DNA from: Cetorhinus maximus
Taxonomy: Eukaryota
Assembly (NCBI RefSeq): GCF_964194155.1
Contig: NC_135901.1
Coordinates: forward strand, 26,102,001-26,166,000
DNA: 64,000 nt
Direction of reading: 5' to 3'
The notes under the pieces were generated by a model, which was not told the origin of the DNA, did no database searches, and saw nothing but the letters and a program-made list of their open reading frames with translations. Shown here piece by piece: positions 37,632 to 49,579 of the stretch (the first letter of the stretch is position 1; the number at the start of each line of letters is the position of its first letter). The position numbers and the translations under genes are program-made.

Positions 37632-40590
37632 TTGTAGCCACTTCATATCTTCCTCACAACACACATTCCCGCCTAGCTTTGTATCATCCGCGAACTTGGA
37701 AATATTACATTTGGTCCCTACATCCAAATCATTGACGTATTGTGAACAGCTGGGGCCCAAGTACTGATGCTTGAGGTGCCCCACAAGTCACAACTTGCCA
37801 ACACGAGAATAACCTGCTTATTCCTGCTCTCCAATCCTTAATCCATGCCAGTAGATTGCCTCTTATCCCATTTGCTTTTATTTTGCTAATCAACCTCCTG
37901 TGGGGGACTTTATCAAATGCCTTCTGAAAATCCAAGTACACCATGTCCATTGACTCTCCTTTATCAATTTTGTTAGTAACATCCTAAAAAGCTCCAAGTT
38001 CGTCAAACATGATTTCTCATTCGCAAATCCATGCTGACTATGCCCAATCAGATCATTATCCAAGTGTCCATTTATCACATCCTTTATAATGGATTATAGC
38101 ATTTTCCTTACTACTGATGTGAGGTTAACAGGTCTGTAGTTCCCTGTTTTCTTTCTCCCTCCCTTCTTAAATAGTGGGGTGAAATTTGCTACCTTCCAAT
38201 CTTCAGGAACCATTCCAGAATCTATAGAATTTTGGAAAATGATCACCAGTGCATACACTATCTCTATAGCAACCTCTTTTAGCCCTCTGGGGTGCAGAAT
38301 ATCAGGTCCCAGTGACTTATCAACTTTCAGTCCCATTAAATTCTTCAATACAATCTTCTGACTTATACCAATTTCCTTCAACTCCTCATTCTCCCTAGTC
38401 CCTTGGATCTCTAAATCTGGGAGATTCCCTTTACCTTCCTGTGAAAACAGATACAAACCAATCATTTAGCTTCTCTGCCATTTCTCTGTTCCCCATTATG
38501 AATTCTCCTGACTCTGCCTGTAATGGACCCACATTTGTCTTAGCCAAATACTTCCGTTTTACATTCCTATAGAAGCTTTTCCAGTCCACTTTTATATTTT
38601 CTGCTGGATTGCAGTCATATTCTATTCTCCCTTTCTTTACCAGTTTCTTGGTCTTCCTTTGCTGTATTCTCAAAACCTCCCAAACCTCAGGTTTACTACT
38701 CCTTCTGGCAACTTTATAAGCCTTTTCTTTTCGTCTTATGCAATCCTTAACTTCTTTTGTCAGCCATGGTTGACTGACTTTTTGGGTTTTTGCACCTCGA
38801 ATGAATGCACAGGTGCTGTAAGCTATGTAATAGTTCTTTGAAGACTATCCATTGCCAATGTACAGTCATACCTTTTAATATATTTTCCCAATCCATCTCA
38901 GCCAATTTGTCCCTCACTCCATCATAATTTCCTTTATTCAACTTTAACACGCTTGCTTCAGAGTGAACTACCTCACTTTCAAACATAATGTGAAATTCTA
39001 TCATATTGTGGTCACTCATCCCTAAAGGGTCTTTTACAACAAGATTATTAATTAGCCTCTTTTCATTATATAATACCAGATCTAAAATATCCTGTTCTCT
39101 TGTCAGTTCCTCAATATACTGCTCGAGAAAACCATCCCAACACACTCCAGAAACTCGTCTTCCACAGCTTTAGTGCTCAATTGGTTTACCCAGTCTATAT
39201 GCAGATTGAAGTCACCCATGATTACTGCATTGCCCATGCTACAAGCTTCTCTCATCTCCTGATTAATACCATGCCCCACATTATCACCACTGTTTGGTGG
39301 CCAGTAAACAACTCCAGTCAATGTCTACTGCCCTTTGCTGTTTCTTAGCTCCACTCAAACAGATTCCACGCATTGTTCTCCCTATCTGAGATCCTCCCTT
39401 ACTAATGCACTGATCCCATCCCTTATTATCAGCGTAACTCCACCTCCTTTCCCTTCTTGTCTGTCCTTCCTAAACGTCGAATATTCTTGAATATTCAGTT
39501 CCCAGTCTTGGTCACCATGCAGCCATGTTTCTGTAATGGCAATTATATCATACTCATTCACCTCTATTTGTGCCTTTAGATCATCTACCTTATTGCGAAT
39601 GTTGCGCGCATTCAGATGGAGTGCCCTAAACTTTGTCTTTTTGACATCATTTCATATTCGAAGCATACTCAAAGCTCTGCTTTGTTTCTCTTGCCTTATG
39701 GTCTCAATACTACTTCCTGTTACCAACTTAACTTTCTTCCAATTTGGACAAACCCCCTGACAAGCTTGTTTAAACCCACCCCAACAGCATTAGCAAATCT
39801 CCCTGTGAGTACATCAGTCCCAGTCCTGTTAAGATGTAATCTGTCCAGTTTGTACAGGTCCAACCTGCCCCAGAACTGGTCCAATGCCTCAGAAATCTGA
39901 TGCCCTCCCTCCTACAGCAATTCTTCAGCCACGTATTTAATCGATCAATCCTCCTATTCCCATGCTCAGTAGTACGTGGCACTGGGAGTAATCCTGAGAT
40001 TACTGCTCTTGAGCTCCTGCTTTTTAATTTGCTTCCTAACTCCCTGAAATCTACTTTCAGGACCTCGTCCCTCTTCCTACCTATGTTGTTGGTATCAATG
40101 TGGACCACGACTTCCAGCTGATCCCCCTCCCCCCGAAGGATGTCCTGCAGCCACTCCGTGACATCCTTCACCCTGGCACCAGGGAGGCAACACACCATCC
40201 TCGAGTCACCTTTACTGCCACAGAAACACGTGTCTGATCCCCTGATTATGGAATCCCCTATCACAATTGCCCTTCCATTCTTCTTCCTCCCCATCCCCCG
40301 TACAGCTGAATCGCATGTGGTGCCACAGACTTGGCTCTGGCTGCACTCCCCTGAGAAACTATCACCCTCATCAGCATCCAAAATGGAAAACCAATTAGCA
40401 AGCAGGATAGACTCAGGGGACTCCTGCACTACCTGCCTGGTTCTCTTAGACCGCCTGGTGGTCACCCATTCCCTCTTTGGCTGTACGCTTCTGACCTGCG
40501 GTGTGACCACCTCCCTAAATGTGCTATCCACGTAGTCCTCTGCCTCGCAGATACACAACAGTGACTCCAGCCACCACTCAAGTTCTGAAA
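37632..40590 (-). mobile_element. CR1 LINE with ORF1 (SGNH/GDSL esterase) and a degraded ORF2, 3' end missing
   Basis: IVIGDSIIRG, CCLPGARVKDV, VVVHIDTNNIG (esterase blocks); ORF2 fragments GDFN, SDHN, KAFDKVPH. Confidence 0.9.
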
Positions 40591-40779
40591 CCCAGAAATT
40601 CAGACAATATAAATATTTTTCTTGGTTTGAGTTCAGTGTGTGTGAATCCTCCCCTTCTAACCCCCTGTAAAAGGAGTTTCCAAAATCTATCCCTGTCAGT
40701 CCATGATGGAAATTCATAACATTCACTTCTCATGTTTCCTGGCCCAGGATGATTGCATAAGTGCCCTGCTGCACATTGC

Positions 40780-41060
40780 CTTTTGTCGTCATTAGCAGTC
40801 CCTTGATTTGAGGATGACGTCTACTGTGTCATGAGTTTCTGCAATGGGTCTTCATCTCGCTGAACAGAGATGTGGGTCTTTGGACACATAGGGCAGAAAT
40901 TCCCATGAGGCATTAGGATCAGGAGAGCAGGATTTGCTTCCTTTTCTTGCCTTCTGTGCACCGCACTGCCTCATCAATAAGACGCTGGGACTTAAAGGGT
41001 AATGCAGCTTGATGGTCAAGTTGTCACCATTCTGAACTATGGGGAACAAACTTTTCCGTG
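40780..41060 (-). mobile_element. RTE-like 3' end fragment
   Basis: Reverse complement resembles the RTE 3' end at 26150-26225 (gtcatcctcaaatcaagggactgc). Confidence 0.45.
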
Positions 41061-41079
41061 TCATTAAAAACATTGTCCC

Positions 41080-41430
41080 CTACAAAGATGGCGGCCGCAC
41101 ATGCGCCTGCTGCACATTGCCCCCAATAAACATAGCGACCCGGTGTCTGGAAGCTGTGGCCTCGCTCCATGCAAACGGGGGACCGATAAGATCTTTTTCT
41201 GGGTTTGGGCTTGCCCAACATGTTTACGAAGCCTCCCCGCCCAATCGCCGGATCCATTGCTCCCTTTGTCCCGCCATCTTCCTCTTACCGATTGCAGATC
41301 TGACGAAGAAATGCCTCTGCATCGCCATTACCTGCATTGCGTATGCTTCAGTCACAGCCTGGCCCCGCCCCTCATTCACTCCGATTGGTTGGAGGACAAA
41401 CCGCTCCCTCGCGATCCTCCAACCCCACCC
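41080..41430 (-). promoter_or_regulatory. CpG-island promoter/first exon, paralogue of 17300-17730
   Basis: AAGATGGCGGCCG near 41086; candidate donor cg|GTAAGA near 41288; CCAAT and GC-box motifs; orphan acceptor exon starting 40664. Confidence 0.6.
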
Positions 41431-41664
41431 CTTCTTCTCATTGATGTAGGCTTTTCAGAGATCTTGGGATTCTCTTCAAATCGTTCCAGGGTGTTGTCCC
41501 TAAAGGCTAAATACACATTCTATTTTTATATAATTCTCTGCATCCAGATCCTTTTAAGCAAGCCTCGGAAATGAGGAAATAATGAGTTGTTGCCCAGATT
41601 TAAAGTGATTTGTAAAAGAAGCAAACTTAGAAAAAGTTAGAAAAAACTTTTTCACATGAGTGGT

Positions 41665-41835
41665 TTGCTGGAAATCTGAAATAAAAACAGAAAATGCTAA
41701 CACAGTTAACGTTTCAAGTCCGTATGACTTCTTAAGCTTTGAAGAATCATACGGACTCAAACGTTAACTCGGTTTCTTTCTCCACAGATGCTGCCAGACC
41801 TGTTGAGTTTTACCAGCATTTTCTGTTTTCATTAA
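41665..41835. mobile_element. Inverted pair of Penelope-like terminal fragments
   Basis: agttaacgtttcaagtccgtatgacttcttaag / ctttgaagaatcatacggactcaaacgttaact imperfect palindrome at 41704-41769. Confidence 0.7.
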
Positions 41836-41935
41836 CCTAATGTCTGTTCACAGGTTCTAATCGTATCCTAACTATGACTTGCTAGAACCAATTTTGATTG
41901 CAGATCATCAATTTTAAAATGTGTAAGTGCCTTTA

Positions 41936-43265
41936 CATGGCTGATCATCCAACTCAATAGCCTGCTGCCGCTTTCTCCCCATATCCTTTGATCCTTTTCG
42001 CCCCAAGAGCTATAACTAACTCCTTCTTGAAAACATACAATGTTTTGGCCGCAACTACTTTCTGTGGTAGTGAATTCCACAAGCTCACCACTCTCTGGGT
42101 GAAGACATTTCTCCTCATCTCAGTCCTAAATGGTTTAACCCGTATCCTCAGACTGTGATCCCTGCTTCTGGACTCCCCCGCCATCGGGAACATCCTTCCT
42201 GCAACTAACCTGTCTAGTCCTGTTAGAATTTTATAGGTTTCTATGAGATCCTCCCTCATTCTTCTGAACTCCAGCGAATATAATCCTAACCGATTCAATC
42301 TCTCCTCATATGACAGTCCTGCCATCCCAGGAATCAGTCTGGTAAACCTTTGCTTCACTCCCTCAATAACAAGAACATCCTTCCTCAGATAAGGAGACCA
42401 AAACTGCATACAATATTCCAGGTGTGGTCTCACCAAGACCCTGTACAATTGCAGCAAGACATCCCTATTCCTGTACTCGAATCCTCTGGCTAGGAAGGCC
42501 ATTTGCCTTCTTTACCACCTGCTGTACCTGCATGCTTACCTTCAGCGACTGGTGTATGAGGACACCCAAATCTCGTTGCACATTCCCCTCTCTCAATTTA
42601 TAGCCATTCAGATAATCTGCCTTCCTGTTTCTGCTTACCCCTTTAAATTAAATTAAACCTTTTGGAAGATACTTAACATCAATTACCAAAGGGCCGTTCT
42701 TCCCTGCTCCTTGTTGTCACAGAATATAGCCCTTACAAATGATGAACTACAAAATAAGATCTTAAAAACTATAAGCGATAAAAATAGTAAATACTTACCC
42801 GACTGTACTCTCAGTACTTAAAGGATCACCTCGTTCCCTCATCACCAAACTCCCTCAGTCATCTCTGCTCTCCCAGCTTCTCTTCACCTCCGACACCTCT
42901 CGCGCTCCTGTTCAACTCCCAGCTCCTCTCGCGCTTTTCAACTCCCGGCTCCTCTCGCGCTTCTCTTCAACTCCCGGCTCCCCTAGCGTTTCTCTTCAAC
43001 TCCCGGCTCCCCTAGCGTTTCTCTTCAACTCCCGGCTCCTCTCGCGCTTCTCTTTAACTCCCGGCTCATCTCGCGCTTCTCTTCAACTCCCGGCTCATTT
43101 CGCGCTTCTCTTCAACTCCCGGCTCCCCTAGCGTTTCTCTTCAACTCCCGGCTCCTCTCACGCTTCTGTTCAACTCCCGGCTCCTCTCATGCTCTTTTTC
43201 AACTCCTGGCTCCTCTCTCACTCCTTTTCGACTCCCGGCTCCTCTCGCGCTTCTTTTCAACTCCT
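41936..43265 (-). mobile_element. CR1: ORF2 3' end (41936-42640) joined to a probable 5' UTR with a tandem array
   Basis: ORF 41954-42502 LLQLYRVLVRPHLEYCMQFWSP; junction ...aatttaaaggggtaagcagaaacaggaaggc near 42640. Confidence 0.7.
42890..43265. repeat. About 29-bp tandem repeat (cttcaactcccggctcctctcgcgcttct), about 12-13 copies
   Basis: Visible periodicity with CpG-rich variant units. Confidence 0.9.
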
Positions 43266-43875
43266 GATATCTTTCCAGCTGCCGGCTCCAGCAGGAGAGT
43301 TTAAAATTGAAAACTGAAATTGTTTCAGAGCTGAGTATTTTTGACCATTCGTTTACAATTTATAGCTTTTCATGCTCTGCTCTGTTTTCTGTGAGAGGTT
43401 CCATGGCTCTGGGGCTGGTGTTACTCCTTTACTGTGGATCTGAATCCATTGCTCTGTTTCACCTCTGCCCTCCTTGATCACCTCTCTGCCATTGTCTAAC
43501 TTCCTCTGTCTCTAATAATGAATGTATTTTAGTTTTGTTTCGCATTTTACTGTTCCCTCTGCCAACCATATATAAACGAGGTTTCCACTGCTACCCATCC
43601 CCTGACCATGTGCTGCTGGCTTACCAGCTCTTCTGCTTTTGAGCTTATATTGATCATCAAATTTTGCACCATTTTTGTTGCCTGTAATTCATTCTACAGG
43701 TCCTGAATCATTCATTTTGTTTCTCTCTCCACCGATTCCAGCATATATTGTCAGTCCCAGTTGCCTGTGGAGAAGATGATGTTTGACCTTCTTGAACCGC
43801 TGCAGTCCATGTGGTGAAGGTGCTCCCACAATGCTGTTAGGTAAGCAGTTGCAGGATTTTCACCCAGTGATGATG
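43262..43875 (+). other. Inverted orphan duplicate of ZNF exon 1/intron 1 (homologous to 5830-6850)
   Basis: Reverse-complement match to 5830-6850; donor mutated GTGAGT to CTGAGT at 43331. Confidence 0.75.
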
Positions 43876-44081
43876 CAGGCAAACACTTCTGTCTCTGATC
43901 TACAGACACCACATTCTGAGAAGATTGAATTGAACAGTAAAGTTCCCCCAGGGCTCATGAGTGAGATGGAATGGCAATTATTGGAATTCTCCACTTAGAA
44001 TAAAAGAGCAAAATCACACCACCAGATGGTAATTGCAATGACTCAGCCTGGGTAAAGTTAATGGAATTTGTCAATCCATCA

Positions 44082-44350
44082 GGGGGAGATGGTGGTGTAG
44101 TTGCGATATCACTGGACCTGTAATCCAGATGTTCAGGCTAATGCTTGGAGACATGGATTCAAATCGCACCATGACTGCTAGTGCAATTTAAAGTCAATTA
44201 ACTGAATCTTGGATTCATTACTGAATCTGCTGTCCTCACCTGGTCTGGCCTACATGTGACTCCACAGCAATGTGGTTGACTCTTAACTGTGTTCTGAAAT
44301 GGTCTGAGTGCAATTAGGAATGGCCACATTCCATGAAAGAATTTTTTTTA
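44082..44350 (+). mobile_element. tRNA-derived SINE, internally deleted
   Basis: Same family as 31329-31780. Confidence 0.7.
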
Positions 44351-45347
44351 AAAAATTGTCATAGTGAAAGTGTCCATGAAACTAGTAAAATGTCTTGGGA
44401 GATGTTTGTATTTTTTTTAAAGAAAATTGCATTTATAACCTGGCCACTTTCAGAGGGAGCAAAATTAAAGTGGAGAGGGATATAGAATCTGGATTTAGAA
44501 AATATCCACAAGCTGGATGCAGGTGAACAGAAAGCTGGAGAATCTTTAAAGTCCATGCATGAACTTTTGTTTGAACCATATGTATTTACGACTTGCCAAT
44601 AATTTAGAATTCTATGAGATGAACTGCAGGTGGGGAGGATGAATCAAAGTCAATAGTTATCACCATTTACTGGAAAAGTTTTTACATTTATTCTTGGTGC
44701 AGCTCAATGGTTTGTGTTGCTGATTCTGATAATTCTAGTAGCTTTAGTATGTTATTGACAGAACGTAATAAAGAAATTATGAAAACATAGCTTAGAAATA
44801 GCTGGGTTAAGCAGAAATCAGTTTGTGAGAAGTCAATAAGAATATTCCCTTCTCGAGGTGGGGAGATCTGTAATAAATCACTGTCCAATATTCTTATAAA
44901 ATCTTAAGAAATTCATTATTATAGGATTGACACGTTCTCTCTCACTTATGAATAAAGCTTCCTGGAATGACAAGCACAGGACAGTGTAGGCCTATTATCT
45001 TTGACAAGGACATGTATCTACCACAGAAACTGAAACAAGACAAACTTGGTGGGGTGGGAAATCTCATGACCCATATGTAAACCAACTGTCTGAATAAAGA
45101 TTAAACAGGATGTCGTAGCAAGCAATGAGCCACAAAATGACTTAACAGACTTCCAATAGGAATAACAGGGATTTTCTTGAATATCTGGCCCTTGCTAATG
45201 GACAAGTGAATAAGTGATTGACGTAAGACCCTCAGGAATAAGGTACATGAACGGGCTTTCGAGAGGAAAAATCATTTCAGACAGGAAAGAGCTTCTCAAA
45301 ATGATGCATGTTGGCTTCGGCCAAACACTTTGGCTCAAGGAGACTGA

Positions 45348-45675
45348 GAAACTGTGACCTCCAGCCACGGAGATCAGCATCCCCCTGATCCGGGACCAGT
45401 AAACCATTCCGAGGAGACTGTGACCTCCAGCCATGGAGATCAGCACCCCCCTGATCCAGGACCAGTAAACCATTCCGAGGAGACTGTCACCTCCAGCCAT
45501 GGAGATCAGCATCCCCCCTGATCCGGGACCAGTAAACCATTCTGAGGAGACTGCCACCTCCAGCCACGGAGATCAGGATCCCCCTGATCCAGGACCAGTA
45601 AACCATTTTGAGGAGACTGCCACCTCCAGCCACAGAGATCAGCATCCCCCTGATCTGGGACCAGTAAACCATTCT
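45348..45675. repeat. 66-bp tandem repeat, 5 copies
   Basis: gagactgtgacctccagccacggagatcagcatccccctgatccgggaccagtaaaccattccgag units. Confidence 0.92.
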
Positions 45676-45884
45676 CACCTGTTATGGGTCATATGTCTTT
45701 TCTGCCTACTTAACTGACGTATCATATCAAAACTGTTGCTTGTTAATAAAATGCTTTAAAATCACCTACGACTTTGACTCCCTTTTTGGATAATCTGTGA
45801 CTCCTGGACTAAAATCTTACAATTGTCCATGAGAGTAAATGAAGATACGAGAACTGAAATAATCTAGAGTAATGATGAGGTGTT

Positions 45885-46325
45885 AGTTGTGGTTCAGTGG
45901 TTACATTCTTATCTCTGAGTCAGGAGGTTGTGGGTTCAAATCCACATCCAGAAACATGAGCATAAAATCCAGGTTGATATTCTATTGCAGTACTGAGGGA
46001 GCACTGCACTGTCAGAGAACCCGTCTTCCAGTTGAGACCTTCAACTATGGCCTCGTCTGCCCTCTCAGTTGGTGTAAAAGTTCCCAGAATGTTATTCCAA
46101 AGAGCAGGGGAGTTCTCTTTGCTGTACTGCTTCAAATTTATCCCCAAACAAACATCACTGAACAGATTATGTGGTCTCAGTCACATTTCTATTTGTGGGA
46201 TCTTGCTGTGCACAATTTGGTGACTGCATTTCCTACATTACAACAGTGATTACACTTCAAAAAAACTTCATTGGCTGTAAAGCACTTTGGGCCATCCTGA
46301 AGTTGTGAAAGGCGCCATATAAATA
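45885..46325 (+). mobile_element. DeuSINE-like SINE (tRNA head, Deu-like core, L2-like tail)
   Basis: ggttcaaatcc B-box; gcagtactgagggagcactgcactgtc...ggcctcgtctgccctctcag core; tail aaaggcgccatataaat. Confidence 0.7.
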
Positions 46326-46670
46326 CCATTAACAAAGGAGAAAAGGTCCAAAAATGGAACAGTTGATAACAGGACATCAATCAGTCTCCTCCTATCTTAG
46401 AGAAATCAAGGACTCGGACAATGTGTGTTTGACACTAAGCTGATTTATTTAACTTATATATTTTTTTTATTCATTCATGGGATGTGGGCTTCGCTGGCTG
46501 AGCCAGCATTAATTGCCCACCCTTAATTGCCCTTGAGTAGTGATGAGCTGCCTTCTTGAACCGCTGCAGTCCATGTGGTGCAGGTACACCCACAGTGCTG
46601 TAGGTACACCAACAGTGCTATCCAGAATATTAAACTCCAGCCCAGTTACAGGGATTATTTACATCAGCAG

Positions 46671-47353
46671 GTAGTATGCAGGTACAGCAGGTAATAAGGA
46701 AGGCAAATGGAATTTTGGCATTTATTGCTAAAGGAATAGAGTATAAAAATAGGGAAGTGTTGTTGCAACTGTACAAGGCATTGGTGAGACCACACCTGGA
46801 ATACTGTGCACAGTTTTGGTCCCCTTACTTGAGGAAGGATGTAGTTGCATTGGAGACAGTTCAGAGGAGGTTCATTAGATTGGTTCCAGAGATGCGGGGC
46901 TTGTCTTATGAGGAGAGATTGAGCAGTTTAGGCCTAAACAGTCTAGAGTTTGGAAGGATGAGAGGAGATCTAATTGAGGTATATAAGACGCTAAAGGGGA
47001 TAGACAGAGTAGATGTGGAGCAGATGTTTCCCCTTGTGGGGCATTCTAGAATGAGAGGCCATAGTTTTAGGCTAAGGGGTGGTAGATTTAAATCAGAGAT
47101 GAGGAGGAATTACTTTTCTCAAAGGGTTGTGAATCTGTGGAATTCACTACCTCAGAATGCAGTGGATGCCTGGATGCTGAATAAATTTAAGGAGGAGAAA
47201 GACAGATTTTTAATTAGTAACAGGTTGAAAGGTTATGGGGAGAGGGCAGGAAATTAGAGTTGAGGCCGAAACGAGATCAGCCATGATTGTATTGAATGGC
47301 GGGGCAGGCTCGAGGGGCTGAATTGCCTACTCCTGCTCCTAGTTCTTATGTTC
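46671..47353 (+). mobile_element. CR1 3' fragment inserted in the ZNF 3' UTR
   Basis: Open 193-aa ORF LLQLYKALVRPHLEYCAQFWSP...; tail ttcttatgttct; splits the conserved acatcagcagaaac 3' UTR motif. Confidence 0.9.
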
Positions 47354-47391
47354 TAACAGAAATAAACTCCAACTTTCAGATTGAACATGGT

Positions 47392-48285
47392 TCAGTCCTG
47401 GATGTGATTAACAGCAGCAGTAACTGCAGAATCCAAGCCCTGTAACCTGTGAGCTCGCTGGTGTGTCTGCAGGGTGGATGAACGACAGAATCCCTTCCCA
47501 CAGATGGAGCAGGTGAACGACCTCTCCCTGGTGTGAACGCGCTGGTGTTTTAGCCTGAGGGAATGCTGAATGAATCCCTTCCCACATACGGAGCAGGTGA
47601 ACGGCCTCTCTCCAGTGTGAGTGCGCTGGTGAGTCAGCAGATCCATTTTGCCTTTAAAACTCTTCTCGCAGTCGGAACATTTAAAAGGTCTCGTGTCAGA
47701 GTGAACACGTTGGTGTGAAGTGAGGTGGGGAAGCTGAGTGAATCCCTTTCCACACTCAGTGCAGGTGAATGGTCTCACCCCAGTGTGAATGCGCTGGTGT
47801 CTCAGCAAGGTGGATAACTGAGTGAACCCCTTCCCACACACAGAACAGGTGAACGGCCTCTCCCCAGTGTGAACTCGCTGATGATCCAACAGTTTGCATA
47901 ACTGAGTGAATGCCATCCCACACTCAGGGCATGCGAATGGTTTCTCCCCAGTATGAACTCGCTGATGTAACTGAAGGCTGGATAACTGAGTGAATCGCTT
48001 CCCACACTCAGCACAGGTGAACGGCCTCTCCCCAGTGTGAACTCGCTGGTGAGTCAGCAGGTTTTGTTTTCTTTTAAAGCTCTTCTCACAGTTAAAACAT
48101 TTAAAAGGTCTCGTGTCAGAGTGAACAAGTTGGTGTGCAGTGAGGTGGGTTAGTCGAGTGAATCCTTTCCCACACTCAGAACAGATGAACGGCCTTTCCC
48201 CGGTGTGACTGCGTCGATGAATTTCCAACGCAGATGGTGATGTGGATCCCTTCCCACAGTCTCCACATTTCCATGGTTTCTCCGT
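47392..48285 (-). CDS. C2H2 zinc-finger ORF (10 fingers); canonical ATG changed to ACG and C-terminus extended; functional status uncertain
   Basis: Uninterrupted array from (T)EKPWKC; ACG at 48285-48283 where paralogues have ATG; acceptor exon start 48600; AATAAA on minus strand at 46444-46449. Confidence 0.6.
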   Translation of the reverse strand, partial: TEKPWKCGDCGKGSTSPSALEIHRRSHTGERPFICSECGKGFTRLTHLTAHQLVHSDTRPFKCFNCEKSFKRKQNLLTHQRVHTGERPFTCAECGKRFTQLSSLQLHQRVHTGEKPFACPECGMAFTQLCKLLDHQRVHTGERPFTCSVCGKGFTQLSTLLRHQRIHTGVRPFTCTECGKGFTQLPHLTSHQRVHSDTRPFKCSDCEKSFKGKMDLLTHQRTHTGERPFTCSVCGKGFIQHSLRLKHQRVHTRERSFTCSICGKGFCRSSTLQTHQRAHRLQGLDSAVTAAVNHIQD

Positions 48286-49159
48286 GGTGTCAATCTCCTT
48301 GTGTCGCTCCAGGTTGGATGATTAGTTGAAGTCTCGTTCACACAGAACACGTGTGGTTTCTCCCCACTGTGAATGGTGCAATGTAGTTTCAGGACGTGTA
48401 ACTGGTTAAAGCTCTTTCGACAATCAGGGCACTGGAACACTCTCATTCGGGTGTGAGTGTGTTGGTTTTTTTCCAGTCCCAGGCAGAACATACAAAAAAT
48501 TCTCCTTCCACATTCAAATGCCGATGATATTCAGGTCCTGATGAATCGAGTGACTTTGTCAGATCTGCAGAAATTTTTGCAAATTATCTCCTTCTAATCC
48601 CTGGAAAAGGAGTTGACAGAGTCAGTACCACTATCAGCCCAGGATAGAAATTCAGAATAGGCAACTCTAGTTCCGATGGAACATTCTTTCTTCTCTTGTT
48701 TCCCCAAAGATGTGGTTCAATCAAAGTAAAAGAAGAGAAAATCAGCAACAAAGTCCCAACAAGAGTTCAGAGAACCTTTCTATATCAACTAGAATGTTGT
48801 TCTCCGTGTATATGAAACACTCCGAACCCTGATGTCCCCACCAATTATGGAAGATGGACACCACTTGCTCCCTGTGCACGGTTACCTAGGCACAGACGAG
48901 GCTGCGAAAGAGGCTGGCACCTAGTGTAAACCCACCCCCATCCCCACCATATGCCCCTTACATCTTGGATCTGCAAATTGTTGTTTTAACCAAGACCAGG
49001 TCCAGGATAAGATCCTCTAACTTACCTAGTCCCTCCACATTGGGCAGGCAAAGATTATAACCAAGCCCTTCAGGTAACTATACAGGGGTTGCAACCTCTC
49101 ATAGGCCCATGGATTCCTCTGGGCTGCAAACATCACCTGGGTTCAGATGAATCGACCGG

Positions 49160-49520
49160 ACCCGAGAACTCGGTTGGGAACAAAGACCCTAAAGGTCCGC
49201 CTACTCGGTTACGTCACCGACCCGCCAGCGCATGCGCTCTGCGCCCTGCTAAGCCAAGATGGTGGCCGTTCACTTGGGCCTGTTTCTTGGTCTCCTACGC
49301 GAAGCTGCAAACGCGGGAGCTGCAGGTTCGTATTTGCGGCTTGAGGTTTTCACCAGGTGTTTAGAAACCCTCCCCGTTGACCCGCCGGCTCCATCGCTCT
49401 CTCCGCGTTTCCGCATCCTTACCGGTTTGGGGACACGACAGACAAGAGACTCTCCAGAGCCATCACTAAGCATGCTCCAAACAATGGGCGGTACTGCGCA
49501 TGCGTCCTACTCCTGTTGTG
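49160..49520 (-). promoter_or_regulatory. CpG-island promoter/first exon of ZNF 47392-48285
   Basis: NRF1 palindromes GCGCATGCGC 49228-49237 and TGCGCATGCG 49495-49504; YY1-like CAAGATGGTGGC near 49255; candidate donor ccg|GTAAGG near 49420. Confidence 0.7.
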
Positions 49521-49579
49521 GGGATAGGGGTCATTCAAAATCGCGGGGGATGCTGGGTAACGTTCCCGCCATCGGGAAC

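Noticed and set aside
42890-43265. CRISPR-like 29-bp repeats
   Set aside because: Head-to-tail minisatellite without spacers.
45348-45675. CRISPR-like array (palindromic repeats)
   Set aside because: Units are contiguous with no unique spacers, there are no cas genes, and the context is vertebrate.
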